Positions 1 to 13,434 of a stretch of DNA of 64,000 nucleotides are shown in pieces. Position numbers and translations under genes: made by a program. The DNA is from Geosiphon pyriformis uo1 (Eukaryota > Fungi > Glomeromycota): the NCBI GenBank assembly GCA_016748015.1, contig JAAOMT010000039.1:152259-216258 (forward strand), written 5' to 3'. The notes under the pieces are model-generated. The model had not been told where the DNA came from. It searched no databases and saw only the letters and a list, made by a program, of their open reading frames with translations. How positions within the stretch are numbered: position 1 is the stretch's first letter; each line of letters starts with the position of its first letter.

Positions 1-800
1 AAATTTTATTAAGCTTTTAAGTTTTATAAATTCTAAATAATTAAAGAATTTAAAATTAAGTTTATTATTTTTAAGTACATAAAAAACTTTATTTGTAATA
101 AAGAATTGTTTTACAATATTTATTTTAAAATATTGTCCTAAATTATTTAATTATTAAAAATAAGCTATTTTTAGAGCCTAAAAAAGTTAAATTTAAAATA
201 AATAAGATAATAAAAAAATAAACTAAGAAACAAATAATATTAAATAAAGTTTTTAATTTATAATACTGTTAGTATATTCTGTTAAATTATGTAAATAATA
301 GGATGTTTTTAAAGTACTAAAAAGAATAAAATACAAGTTGTTAAATGTAATCAAAATTTTGTTAAATAATAAGACTGCTAATTTGTTTGTTATTATAAAT
401 AAACTATAAAAACATTATAACAAATTTGTTTTAAGTTTTTTGTTAAATTTATTAAATATATATTTACTAAGTAAGTTAATTTTCAAATTATAAAAAAAGA
501 CTTGAAAATTAATAAAAAAAGTTTTAAAAAATACTTAACTTATTATTTTAATTAAAACTATTAGAAAAATACTTTTTGATTAGATTTTTACATCTATATA
601 AGAAGTTTTAAGTTTTTTATAGAAATAATTTTTGTTTTAAAAATACTTTAATTCAATCTTTTATTTAGTAATTAATATATTTTTTAATAATATAATTTAA
701 ATTAAAAATACTTAAATTATTATTTTATTTATTTAAATATTGTTAATAAGTTTTTAAAATTAATAATATTTTAATTAATAATAACAAAACAATAATTATT
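1..800 (+). mobile_element. AT-eroded relic LINE ORF2, N-terminal RT region (left arm of an old element)
   Basis: Hand translation of ~345-660 gives NNKTANLFVIINKL*KH...NT*LIILIKTIRKILFD*IF...VLKNTLIQS. This is colinear with the neighbouring LINE's DGKAAGLSGIPNKLWKH...NTKPIALVETSQKILSKILSDRIS...VLKSTSTQIP, with most C/G replaced by T/A. Confidence 0.75.
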
Positions 801-999
801 TTTATTAAACATATGATTAAATATTTTTTTAAATATTAATTAATTAATTATTTTTTTTTATTTAGCTTTTATGAGTACAGCTCAACTACTACCTAAGTAC
901 ATAGAATTAACAAGACTTTAAATTAAGTGTGGCTCATGTGTTGTCAACATGTGACTGGCCACTCAGGCCAACTCAAAGCAATACTATGCACTCAAACCT

Positions 1000-3900
1000 T
1001 CCAGTACAGGAAAGTCATACAGAAAACCAAAATGCAAGCTTACTAAACTAGAATACAAACCAAAACAAATGTGTACACCCAACCTGACCCAAAATCAAAA
1101 ACTATTTTACAAGACCACACAGATGCCAGGCCAGATATGATTGGAAACACAAAGCTATTTCTTGGCAAGAGACTGTGTTTCTCATAATACACTCTTAATT
1201 TGGCAGTCAGTATCTAAATAGAAGATCAATGACCTTCCACAAACTCACAGACCAGATTAATGACCAACAAACCCCCATCGAATTTAAAGCCTAACAAATG
1301 CACTGTGTTAGCCACCCATTTCTTCAACACAAAACCCTTAGCCAGGACTATATACAAACTGTCTGACAATTCAACATTATGCAAGGAGTGAGTCACAGCA
1401 CAATTAACATCACCAATTTCAGGCAAGCTAGTCCATGTCTTAATTGTGTCAGAAATCAACTTTTGCTTGACATTAGCATCCCAGGCACATAAAAACATAT
1501 GGTCAGAATCTTTAACCAAATCACAATAGATACACACCATGCTAGGATAACTTGGTTTGTACCATTTTTTCTATACAGCCGTGGGCAGCCTATAATGGAG
1601 AGCCTTCATGAAGTAAGATTTCAGCACTGTAGTGACAGAGCTGGAGAAGCCAGAGTAGATACCACCATCGGAATGCCAAACTTGAAAGGTTCAGCACATA
1701 TCAAATTGTTTGACAAGATTCAAATCAACAATGCCACCCATACATTTGAACTTCCAGCCAACAAAATTAACAGCATCAAATAGACACCATATGAACTGAC
1801 AAGTGTTTCCAAAAACAGATTGGCCTTCTACAGCAATAAATTGACATGCTATACTGACTGGCAGCACAAACTTAGATTTAGTGACAGCATCAGCAAAAAA
1901 GTCTGCATGTTTGTTACCAACCACTCCAGAGTGGCCCTTGACTTTATTTCAACAAACCAAAAGTTTCTTAGAAGCAATAGTGATATGAATGTGTTCCTTC
2001 TCAATCCAGCATTTATCGCAAAAATTGGGACCAACAGAATTAACCAATGAAGCACACATGTCCAAGGAAGCCTGGCTATCTGTGAACAACATAACTGAGC
2101 TAGAAGTTGAAATGCATTCCAAAGCAAGAGCAATGGCCTGAAGTTCCACCAGAGTCGAAGAAAGCAAACCATATACTCTAATCTCTACACTCAAGTCAAC
2201 ATCCGAGAAGTAAGCAGCAGTATCACCACAAGTGCCTGCAAAACCCAAACCTTTGACTGACCCATCTGTGTATACACTTACAATACCAGGCCTATTTTCA
2301 ATAAGACAACCATTAGCAAAACCAAAATTGCATAAGTGTATGTCTGAAATAAAATAGTAGACCAAAGCACCAATGCTAGCTAGACCACCACTAAAAATGA
2401 ATAAGACTAAAGAGACAAACCAACCAGGAACCCAACCTTTGGGATCCAGTCTTTTCCATTGGCAAAAAGTGCTCCAAGTGAAGCACATGCCATTATGATC
2501 CAGAAGCTGATTTGCAAACACAATTCCGAATTTTCTTAAAGAGGCAATCACACTTAAGTATCACATCACACCCAAAACATTAGCAACAAGAACACCAACA
2601 CCAGACTGGAAAACATTAAGAATATTATTGACCAATGAAGACCCACATGATGCAAACATGTTGGTCATGCTGGCCAGAAAGCAATTGATTGGATTAACAG
2701 ACAATTTAACCAGAAAACTAAGGGGTTGTTGGGGCATCCAACTGACAGTCTGTAGGTCCATGACTCTGTACTCAAACAACCTGCTGAGGATGCCACCAGA
2801 GTTGGCAAACCCAACCACACTGGCTAATAGATTTTCGGTCTGCAATTGGCTAAAAGATTTGAGACCATACATCTAAAGATAATATAAAGCCTTATTAGCA
2901 AAATTTTTAGGTAAGCTGGCTTTGATTTTCAGCCCTTTTCTAAGCAGTCTGTCTCATTTTTTACACACATGTGCTGAAACATAGCTAAATTAGATCCTGT
3001 AATTAACAATGGGCTGAAGCACAACAGACATCAGATACAAAAATTGCTTGTCTAAAATGGTCTTCCTCAATATTAAATTGGTAAAAAACTGAACATCTGA
3101 GTGTGCTTTGGCAAGACTGGGTATAAAAAAACCATTTGTAGACAAAAAGATGTCCAAGTATCTGTGTGGTTTCTTTTTTTTTGCTATTGAAATGACAGCT
3201 CCACTAATAAACAACCAAGGATTCTCTACTTTCATGTTGATGGGTATGGCGACTGTTTTATCTGTGTTGATGGAGATGTTATTGACTCCAAAAAACTCAC
3301 TTGCTATATCTAAAATGTTTTAAATAGCAGTTATACTATTACCAATCCATATTGTGTCATCCACAAAAACTTCAACAGCCAGAAAAGATGTCAAGCCACT
3401 TCTAAAATTTTTGAATCCAATCTATACCCAAATAAATCACCACAATACTTAATTTTGCAAAGCAAAGAATCATAAAAGATTCTCCACAACAAAGGCGAGA
3501 AAACTTCTCTTTGATCTAAATCATCATAGACAACATAACTATCTGTGAATCCAAAGTTAGTCATGACTCGATTGAATCTGCCATTGTGTAGGCTACCAAA
3601 AAATCTAATAAAACGGAGACACATCTTGATTCTAGCCAGACTATTATGTAGATGAAACTATCCAACAGAATTATATGCCTTTCACATATTCTGAAGCACC
3701 AGTCACAGCTCCTTATTCTTTTCCAAAGCATCTTTAACAATCAAACCAATAGCAAAAATTGGGATCTGTGTGGATGTACTTTTCAAAACCAAGAAATTGT
3801 CACCTTGTAGAACATTAAACTTACTACAAGTCACAGAAATCCTGTCAGACAATATCTTAGACAATATCTTCTGAGATGTTTCAACTAAAGCAATTGGTTT

Positions 3901-5646
3901 GGTGTTTGTGAGAGTCCCCTTCCAATCATACAGTTTCGAAATCATAGACACCCATGTGTATTTCCAATGAACAGGCATTGCACCTAACACCAAACACACA
4001 TTGAAAATATCTAGCAAACCACCCAAAACTTGCACATCACCATGTTTCCAAAGCTTGTTAGGAATGCCAGACAAACCAGCAGCCTTACCATCAGGCAAAC
4101 ACTTGACCACTTAAAAAAATTTATCAGACCCTATATTGCACATAACTTTTAAGAAAGCATTATCATCAACATAACTTAGGGGAGCATATTGGGCAGCCCA
4201 GCGAGCAGGTAGAACATCAGGGATTGCACGCTTTTTCGTCCAACTCTCCATGATAGTGTCGACTGTAGATTTAACTTCACTAAACTCCAAAACTAAATCA
4301 TTGTCAACCACCAAATGATCGAGGACCACCTTATAAAAAGGTCATTCCAAAATGCTTTTAATCATATGGTTCTTGTCAGTACAAAAATTTTCCATGCACT
4401 TGTTAACCACTTTTCTAATAACAGCATCCCTGGTATTCCTGGATTCAAAATACTTGGATCTATAGTATTTTTTTTTAACACTCAACAAATGGCCAAGAAT
4501 TGCATCATGATCAGCACCATTATTAACCATGGCACGAAATATGGAGGCTTCCTCAAAATCAACAACAGATCAGATGTCAACAAAGTGGTTAGCCACTGGA
4601 TTCCAATACAAGCTCAAATTTTTTACCAGCTTGTAGATTAATAATTCTAGCTTAAAGAACTTTAAAGAAACCTTATTCCTTGAATACTCAAAATCATTAA
4701 ACCAGAACTTAGAAAACACTTGATCAGCAGAGCAAACTACCACCTCCCTAAGAATATTCCATATTTTATCTAAATTACTGTCTTTTTTTGTGATGTCAAA
4801 GTCCACAAATCTCAACTGAAATTCACTAGAAAAACACTCTCTGAATTGCAATCATTAATCATTACTAGCTGACTTAATTTTGAACTTCTATTTGTCTCTG
4901 TTAGTTTGCTTATGCAAGCTGTTCAAATTGACATCCACAAAACCATCCAAACCAACTGAAACCGAGACTGCCTTATGATTAGACTCAAAAAAATCTGAAG
5001 CAGAACTAACAGCATGTCTGGTGACTGCAAAAGCCAAACTTGCACTAACAAAAACAAAGTCTATGGTCTTCTCAACCTCTCTAAAATTGCTTCATGTGAA
5101 AGCCTTGACCAAAGAAGATCTACTGAGTGAGTTAACCAAATCCAAATCTGAACAGAACCTGAAACACATACTTCTTCTTGAACTATTTTTATTGAAATCC
5201 CCACCAATAACCAAGAAAGTACTAGAGTTGACAGCCTTAGCAATAAATGCATTAATCTCCAGAACTTGACTGAATTTAGCTCCAGTTGAAACACTAGCAT
5301 ATAGACTCAAAATTGAAACTAAAAGCTTGCCTTTGAACAAGAGCTGTACCAGAATAATCCAACCTGGAATTTTCTCAATTTTGCATACATAATGAGCCAG
5401 ATTATTGTTCATGATTATTGCTACTCCAGCACCAAGAAAGCCCTTATCCAAGCCCGTCAAAAATATTCTTACTTCATCAAACTTATTGGCTATTTATGGC
5501 CTAATATTAGACTTCAACTTTGTTTCCATGATAATAGAAACCATATTACCAGATTTTTTATGCCAACGAACAATGTCTTCCTGCTTGGCAGGAATATTGA
5601 TACCCCGAACATTACAGGTAGCTATCTTCCAGATCAAATCACTCAT
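1000..5646 (-). pseudogene. LINE ORF2 (AP endonuclease, reverse transcriptase, RNase H, C-terminal Zn finger)
   Basis: APE motifs: WKIATCNVRG, IMETKL, GVAIIM, IGGDFN. RT motifs: KAAGLSGIP, TKPIALVE, DQREVFSPLLWRIFYD, and FVDD at ~3356-3367. RNase H motifs: VYTDGS, ELQAIALAL, FTDSQA, GNKHAD. C-terminal CIYC...DHMFLC. Confidence 0.93.
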
Positions 5647-7516
5647 TAAAAAGAAGAAGAGGCCAATGAACTCGAACCAGCACAAATCAGCTTTAACTTT
5701 GCCAAAACAGAACCAATAGAGGCCTCAAAAGCCACCAACTTAGATTCCAAACAGCCAATCTTGGTAGTCAAGATCTTTGAACTACTCAGACCCAATGTTG
5801 AAATACTAAGAAAAGCAGAGGAGGGGGATGATAGTACCAACTCAGAATCATCCATGACCACATCCACAACCAAATCCTCTTTGGCAGCAATCAAAATAGC
5901 TGAGACTTTAGGGAGGAAGTTGAAGCTCACAGCACCAATTTCATGTTGCTGAGTTTTTGCATAATGTCAGAGACTTGGTCAGTTAGCAATTCTAAGGATT
6001 GTTCTAAAAAGATCAAACAAGCATCCAAAAATGAATTGTCAACCGAGATGGGAGGGATACTGTTATTTAAACCTGAGATGCTAGAAAGAGAGGAACTGAA
6101 ACCAGAAACAAAGTGAAAACCATCAGAAAAACCAGCAAGTGAGACCATCTGGATCCAAAACTTATTACTAAAAGCAGCAGGGCAAGATATTAGAACACTC
6201 TTTTTCTCATACAACTTAGCCAACTGAAGATAACATTCATCAGATACAACTCTTATAAATGGTTTTTTTAAAGGCTTAGAGGTAGTTGCAACAGATGCAT
6301 CACATTTTAGAGCAGAATGACCAAACTTCCCACATCTCTCACACCAAACTAGATCCATTCTTGTCCAAGAAAGTCTAACACTACCAAGAATTGGCTTCAT
6401 GCAAAAGACAGATTCCAGATTATTATCAGATTCAAAACCAACTACTGTACAGCAAATCCTATTGCCAGTTCCCAGAGATCTGTTTATGACACAAGTTTTC
6501 CCATTAGTCTTTTCCAGAAGAGTCCTAAGATTATATGCTGTTGTTCCTATCAACAGAGTAAACAACAGCACCCTGAACTGATCCTTTGATGTCCAGGTCT
6601 CACAATCCCCTACTGTTTTGGCTATATACACAGAGTTTTTACCAATCAGAAATGACCATTTTGAGGCCAATGAATTAGCTTGGTCTGATTCAGCAAACTC
6701 CACTACAGTCTTTTGCCACATTCTCATTAGTTGAATTTTGATTGACTTAATTTCCCCAAATTCAGATACTGCGGTGACAATTATGTCCTTAGACATGTCT
6801 ATGGAAATTTCCTTAATCACTACAGCTTGATCTGATCTTATTTTTTGTTTCTTAAGATTGCCATTTATGTCAATCCCTTTTTCTTTGGCCAATGATGTGG
6901 CCATCTCCATGCTTTTTTCTGACATAAACATTAATTGGATAATCCCTTCAAATTTTGAGGGGGTAGTGGCTCCCCCAAAACCATTGACTGTTGAAAAAAT
7001 TTTCCTAATTAACTGAGTCTTTGCCATTGCTAATTTACCTTCTACAGCTGAGAGATTAATATCCAAAGCAAATAACTTTCTAATTGACACTTCCACAGAA
7101 GTCTTAATAATTTTAGGATCAATCCACTTTTTTTCTAAAGAGATAGGCAAGTGAGAAAGAAGCACAACTTCATTATCATCCATATGAAAATTAGGAGAGC
7201 CAAGTGGAGAACCAAAACCAGCACCAGTGTTGACTCACTTTGCCTTAAATGTAGTAGCAGCTGAACCTAAAAAAGACTCACCATTTGTTCCAGACATGCT
7301 AACATCCTCATCCTCACCAGATAAACTCTCCACATCAAAATAAACACTGCCACTAGATCCAAATTTGCTCAAGGATATATCCCTTTTATTACCAAAATGT
7401 TTTACATTACCAAGAACAACTTTTTTCTTCTGAGAAAAGAAGCCACCAGCAGAACCGTGAAAAGCATCCTTAAGAGCCTTCTTCTTAGGTGCAGTGCTAC
7501 TAGCAGTAGTCTCCAT
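5646..7516 (-). pseudogene. LINE ORF1 (gag-like, zinc knuckle)
   Basis: ORFs 7235-7600, 5927-7183 and 5646-5930. CCHC knuckle CERCGKFGHSALKC, an RRM-like segment (VSEFGEIKSIKIQL...VVEF) and a C-terminal coiled coil. Confidence 0.88.
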
Positions 7517-7699
7517 ATCCACGAAAAATAGGTTACTATTAGATAAAAAAATATTGATATAGACTAAAAAAACAAAAAACTTCTTTTTTAGAAAATGCAC
7601 TTTTTGGAGATTTGTGGAAGTAAGAGAGAAAGAAGTTTTTTTTTATTTATTTTTATTATAAAATAAAAAAACTGTACTTATATTTTAAAATTTTTCTAT

Positions 7700-9310
7700 T
7701 AAAAAAATTGTTCAAATTTAATATAAAAAAGTATATTTAAATATTAGATTTTTTGCCAAAATAATATTAAAAAAATATATTTTAAATAAACAGTTTTTTT
7801 ATTTGGTTTAGCAGTTTTGTAGTTATTAAATTTAATTTAAGTTTGTGTTTAAAAGTATATATAATAAGTAAAACTTGCTAATTAAGAAAAAATTAAAAAT
7901 TAAAATCAACTTATTTCAAAATTTTTTTAATAAAGCAATGTATTTTCTTTGTTATACATTTTAAAAAAAAACTTTTATAATAACTTTTATAAATATTAAT
8001 AATTCTTTAATAGATTTTTAATAATAAGTCAATAAATTTACTAATTTTAAAATTTTTACTAAAATATTATTTAGTTTTTGAACAATTTTTTGGTTAAAAC
8101 AATAAAAATTTTTTGAAGTGTAATATTTTTTTTGCTAATATTGTTTAAATATGTTTTAATAATTAAAAAAATTTCTATTATTAAAAAAACTTGATTTTAA
8201 AACTTAATTTTTACTTCTATTATAAATTTTATTAAAAAAAATAGTTTTATAAATAAAAATTTGTTTGTATTATTTAACTTTGTTTTGTTAATATTTTTGA
8301 TTTTTCTTATTTACTTAAACATTTAAGTGTTTTTAATACATATATGTTAAAATAAACTTAATTTTTACAATTACTGCTAAATAAAAAGATAATATATTAA
8401 TAATATAAATAAAATAAGAATTTATTTATTAATAAGTTTTTAATAAAAGATTTTAATCTAATAAAAACTGATTTAATATAATATTTTAACAGTTATTTAA
8501 AAATTAACTTATTAAATTGTAATTTAATTAGTTTTTATATTTATTTTATAAAGACTTTATACAAAAAATATTTATTATTGTGAAAAATAAACTTTATAAT
8601 TTCAGTTAATTTAATGAAAATTATGTTTGTTGTAGTTTATAAGAAAACTCTAATTACATATTTTTGTGTATTTTAACATTTTTATAAAAAAAACTATTAT
8701 AAAAAACTGTTTAAGTAAGTAAATTATTTTGGCTAATATGTTATTTATGTGTTTATTTGTTTTTTAGTGCTAAATAACATTAATATTAATGATTATATAT
8801 ATATAACTATTGTCAAAAAATTTTGTTTTTAAGAATTAGTTATTTTAAGTTGTTTGTATTATTAAAAATATTGTTAAAATTAGTTTATATATTATAAATT
8901 TTGTTTATAATATGATTGTATACCACAAAGTAAATATTTAGTTGCTATATTTTAAGCTAAAAGCTAAGTATAAAAAAATAAGTTTAATTTTTGATAATAA
9001 ATTGGTTTTGTTAATACTTGTGATTTAATTGTACTTGGCTTTAGAGATTTTGTTCATAGAAAAAGTTTTGCTTAAGATTGGCTGGTTAGTTTTGGTCTTG
9101 TTATTGGTTTGCAATTAGTTTTTAATGTTTTTTATAGTCTTATAAATGTTTTTAATAGTTTGAGTATATAATGTAGTCTTGATTGATTTAAGTATTGCTT
9201 ATGTATAAAAAAGACATAGCCTATACTTATTTTAGAATTTTTAATAATTGTATTGTAGTAGATAGTTGGAATATATTTAATAAATAAATAATAATAATAA
9301 TAATAATAAT
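7700..9310 (+). mobile_element. AT-eroded relic LINE, post-RT region through 3' UTR and (TAA)n tail (right arm of an old element)
   Basis: 7740-7950 translates IRFFAKIILKKYILNKQFF...KKLKIKINLFQNFFNKAMY, matching the young LINE's VQFFTNLILRKTILDKQFL...KGLKIKASLPKNFANKALY. 9155-9290 aligns with the reverse complement of the young element's 3' UTR (870-1000) and ends in (TAA)n. Confidence 0.75.
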
Positions 9311-9659
9311 TAAAATTACATTTTATTGCAAAATAGGTGATAATTTACTATTTTAAATAATTTGAATTATTATAAGGTTAAATTCTAATTTTAAGTTTAT
9401 AATTTTATGTCAGTTTACAAAAATTATCAACAAAATATTTGTAAAATATAAGTTTGTAGATGCAAAAAATTAATAAATATTATTTTTATTTGTTAATTTG
9501 TTTTTATTTGCTGCAAACAAAAACTTAAATCATTAAAATTCATGTTTTATTATCAATTGAATTTAATACCAAACAATATAAATTATTTTTAATTTATATT
9601 GTTTAATTTACAATTAAATTTTTTTAAAATTTATTATTTAATTTATTCACTATTTCTAT

Positions 9660-9670
9660 TATTTTTATTA

Positions 9671-9706
<36 letters not shown>

Positions 9707-10620
9707 TGATTTTGCAACAATTTCAAAATTTGATTAAATACAGTAATTAAATTATGCACATATTAATTTCAAATTTTTATCAAAATCCAAAATTTTTCGC
9801 ACACCGAAGTAGCAATATCCGATACCGAATGCAGCTCTGTCACTGATGACCTTTACAACAACCGCACCTTTCCACCAGAATCGACCTATCCTTATCCAAT
9901 CTTCTGACCAGATCGATAATCTCAGCATCCTAATTTCTGATCAAACCCTCCTTCTCATATAGGAACGCTTCTTAGCCGTATCCATCCAGACTCGTTGTCT
10001 CGGAAGATCCATGACCAATCTAACAAGTACCACAACCTTGCCGTGGCTAGCTTTGCACACCCAAAATCCTATCCAAATCCACGAACCAATCGTTAAAAAA
10101 CAAAACCCTTGGCCGGTACCACTGCTTGCCAACTTCAGATTTCCAAAAATCCTCAAAATCATTCAAAATTCAAAAACATGATCCGACGACTCTACTTCGC
10201 CACATCTAAAACATTTGGAGCTGGGATAATCCTTATTGTATATTTTCATTCTCAACAACTCTCAATAAACCGCGGAGAACTTTCATTGCGTAACGAAATC
10301 CAGCCGACTTTCTTCTCGTGGTAGCCGACTTCAAAAGTGAATTTAGGTGCTAGACCATCACTATTTCGACGATATCACTGTCCACACATTTCTGCACTTT
10401 CTCAATTTTCTTAATAGCTTCATAAAAACCCTGACATACCGCATAGCGCTGTAAAATATTGGAACACCGATACCGTTCACCAAAAACGGTTTTTCTCTAA
10501 CCAAAAAATGTTCAGAAGGTTTAATTTTACGATAAAGAGTTCGCTCGCTTACATTATAAAAAGTTGCTAATTTATTTCAAGCATAGCCTTTTTTGTGTAA
10601 GTTGATTAAGTGCTGAGTTT
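9660..10620 (-). mobile_element. 5'-truncated LINE of a different family (ORF2 C-terminus and tail)
   Basis: The - strand gives AMKVLRGLL...IYNKDYPSSKCFRCGEVESSDHVF and RVWMDTAKKRSY(M)EKEGLI, parallel to the young LINE's C-terminus. (TAA)n tail at ~9660-9702. CpGs are retained. Confidence 0.75.
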
Positions 10621-11519
10621 CTAAGAAAAAATTTAATAACTTTGTATTATTCATATATTATTTTGTAAAATAATAAAAATCCTATTAGACTGTTCCCAAT
10701 ATCAATTTAACACATCCCTCCATATCCATCATTTCCCTAACTGAAACTGGTTTGTTATTCTCATTTACTTGGTAAACTTGATATTTTCTCTTTTGACTAG
10801 TAGTTGCTATAACTCCAACCACCAATTTACTAGGAGGAACCAAAGCTCCTTTCTTTTCAGCTTCTTCCTTATAAAAACTTTCATTTTTAAACAATTTACG
10901 ATCTAACTTGTCTTTCAAAAAATCTTTGCCGATAGTTTCAGATATTTTTAAAAGTAAACAATTTGACAAGAAATTGTCGATATAAAAAAATATTTTTGAA
11001 ATTTTGAGTAAATATTTAAAATAAAAATATAATTTTAATAATTTGTAATTAGTACAATGCTTAATTACAATTATTTTGCAATTTATGTAATACTTATTTG
11101 TTGCATTTACATTCTATTTTAATTAAAATAAAAAAATAAGTTTAGATTACATGAATTCAATTTGATAAAAAAAATTTTACTTTTTTTTAAGTATATTATC
11201 TTAATTTTTGGTATAATAATAAATTGCTTTTAGAATCAAAAAATTCAAATTATATTATAGAAAGCTAAATATTAATTATTATTTATTTAAAAAGTAAAAA
11301 AAATGTGGTCTAAATGCAAATAACTTGTAAAAAAGATTTTATCGTTTGTCCAATTTTTAAAAAAAATAATTAATTGATTAGTACTTTGAATTTTTCAATA
11401 AATTATGTACTTTTTGAATATGTTTTATTATTGATTTAAAATAATTTTATCTAAATTTTTTGAATGTCAAAAATAAAAATTAAACTTATTTTTATTTACA
11501 TCTTATTTTCTAAGTTTTG

Positions 11520-12226
11520 TTATTAAATAAAACTTAAAATAAACGACAAATTCTTTATGGCATTCATGTCATCTTTTTATTACAGCATTTTCAGCTTCAC
11601 ATTTATCGTAGTTGCGCATTTTTTTTTGGAAGATCACAACAAACCACAATTTAATTTTTAAATAAACATTAGAGTAAAAATTTAAAAGAAAATTTTTTAA
11701 TTAATTTTGACAATGAAACATATTGCTTTCATTCTCTTCAAGAGAATATGTTATTAGATTAATACTCTAATTTTAAATCTTCCGGTTTGAATTTATCATA
11801 TGTATCATATGTTTTATTTTCTTAACAAATTTAAATTTTATTCTTATAAAAATAAATTCAATGTAACATCGAAATTTTAGAAAAATAAAAATTCTTTTGC
11901 ATAAAAATCTTATGCTTTGGTAGGTGATGTTTTATTTCCTTTGATTAAACTTTGGCTAAATCTCATTGAGAGCTTTCATTCTACATTGCAAAGACATATA
12001 ACTTTGACTCACCAAAAATCTTTGTTGAAATATGACCATTCCTTTCGGTGTAAAAAAATTTTTATCTCGACAAAAAAGTTAGAAAAGCATAGGGTCTTAA
12101 AATTTATACCTTGCATTAATATTAATATATATTGCATACCATTTTTCTACCGATGCGCGACAGAAAATACATCTTCATTTCCTATGCTATTATGTTAGTG
12201 CACTCTTTTAAACTTTTCTTAATCAA
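11520..12226. repeat. Dispersed repeat family, copy 1
   Basis: Colinear similarity to 16230-17070 and 51530-52686, e.g. atggcattca(a/t)gtcatcttttt, aaagcat..ggtcttaa, tattgcatac and terminal ttttcttaatcaag. Confidence 0.8.
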
Positions 12227-12509
12227 GAAAATAATTTACCTACCAAGAATCACGAACATATAATTTCCACTTAACTTGATGATATCAATCTTAGCTATTC
12301 TAATATTTCTATCTCATCAATTTAAATAATATTAAACAAAGAGTTTGGCACAATTTAACAACATTTGGTCAACCCTAACGCCATTCAGACCATAAAAAAC
12401 ATGTTTTGCGGCACATTATTTATGAAAATTGGTTTGTTCCCCTTGATAATTCATAAATTAAATAAAGGTAAAATTTAATTATTCAAGTAAATCTAATATA
12501 ATAATACCA

Positions 12510-13100
12510 TAGAGCACTGCTTATAGTATTAAGACCGGAGACACTACACGATTTTATTTTGAAGATTGAATAAGACCCGAGTGTTTTATATATTTATTAT
12601 ATATTTGGTCTTCCTGACTTTTAATATATATTGCTTCATTTTCATTAGTTTCGTCAACATTATAATCCTCTATTCTATATTATGAATATTTTCATAATTA
12701 TTCAAAGATAAATCATGTATTTTGCTTTCTTGTTAAAAATGAATTCCAATAGTATTAATACTATTAGATTGTACATGCGAAAATGGAGAAGTAATTTTTC
12801 CTCCAATCTTTCCATTTTATTTGAAATGCCACAACATTTGAATGATCTTTGAATTGATGGAATTTCAATGCATTTTTCACCCATTTAGCCACTGTTGCAT
12901 AGGATGGTCATTTAATTTTGCCAGAAGGAGTATATTCTTTAATTTCATTTGCCATCCATTTATTATAAATGTGACAAATCTGTTAAAATTAATCAAATAT
13001 TAGAATATATTTTAAAAATCATTTTAATTATCTTAGCTTTAAAAGGTTTACATAATTTGTGTTCGATTATTTTTTTGCTATCTTGTAAAGTATCCCCATG
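12510..13100 (-). mobile_element. pogo/Tigger-like (DDE_1) transposase C-terminal remnant
   Basis: - strand fragments read KPFKAK...WMANEI/KEYTPSGKIK*PSYATVAKWVKNA...IQRSFKCCGISNKM, typical of pogo transposase C-termini. Repeated taagacc motifs near 12530-12580 may be terminal repeats. Confidence 0.7.
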
Positions 13101-13434
13101 CATGTATAGTACTATTCAATTTTCTGATTAAAAATTTTTGAATAATACCCGATTACTGTAGGCAGTGCCCTCTGGTAATTTATTTTAAATAGAATATATG
13201 TTAACTGACGCAGTAAAAATACTCGATGGCTATGGGAATAATATATTGTAGGGGTATATTGTTTAAATGAAAAATTTCAGATAAAAATCACGTTATCTGT
13301 GATAATCAATCGCAGATTAAAAAATAAAAGACTACGCCATCAACTGCGCTACTAGTGACTCACGGATTTTGCTCAAGGTAAACAAAAATGTAGGCTGAGT
13401 TATAAAGACTAAGAATTGTGATTTCTGGAGATTC

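Larger units (their letters stand above)
851..7640 (-). mobile_element. Near full-length degenerate non-LTR retrotransposon (LINE) with ORF1 and APE-RT-RNase H ORF2
   Basis: ORF fragments tile the - strand in LINE order. There is a 3' A-tail at ~851-865, many stops and frameshifts, and CpG is nearly absent. Confidence 0.95.

Noticed and set aside
1499-6581. Numerous + strand ORFs within the LINE
   Set aside because: Antisense shadows of the - strand ORF1/ORF2 with no independent motifs.
10685-10969. 94-aa - strand ORF next to the truncated LINE
   Set aside because: Non-ATG start, no motif recognised and no splice partner found; may be a relic but cannot be assigned.
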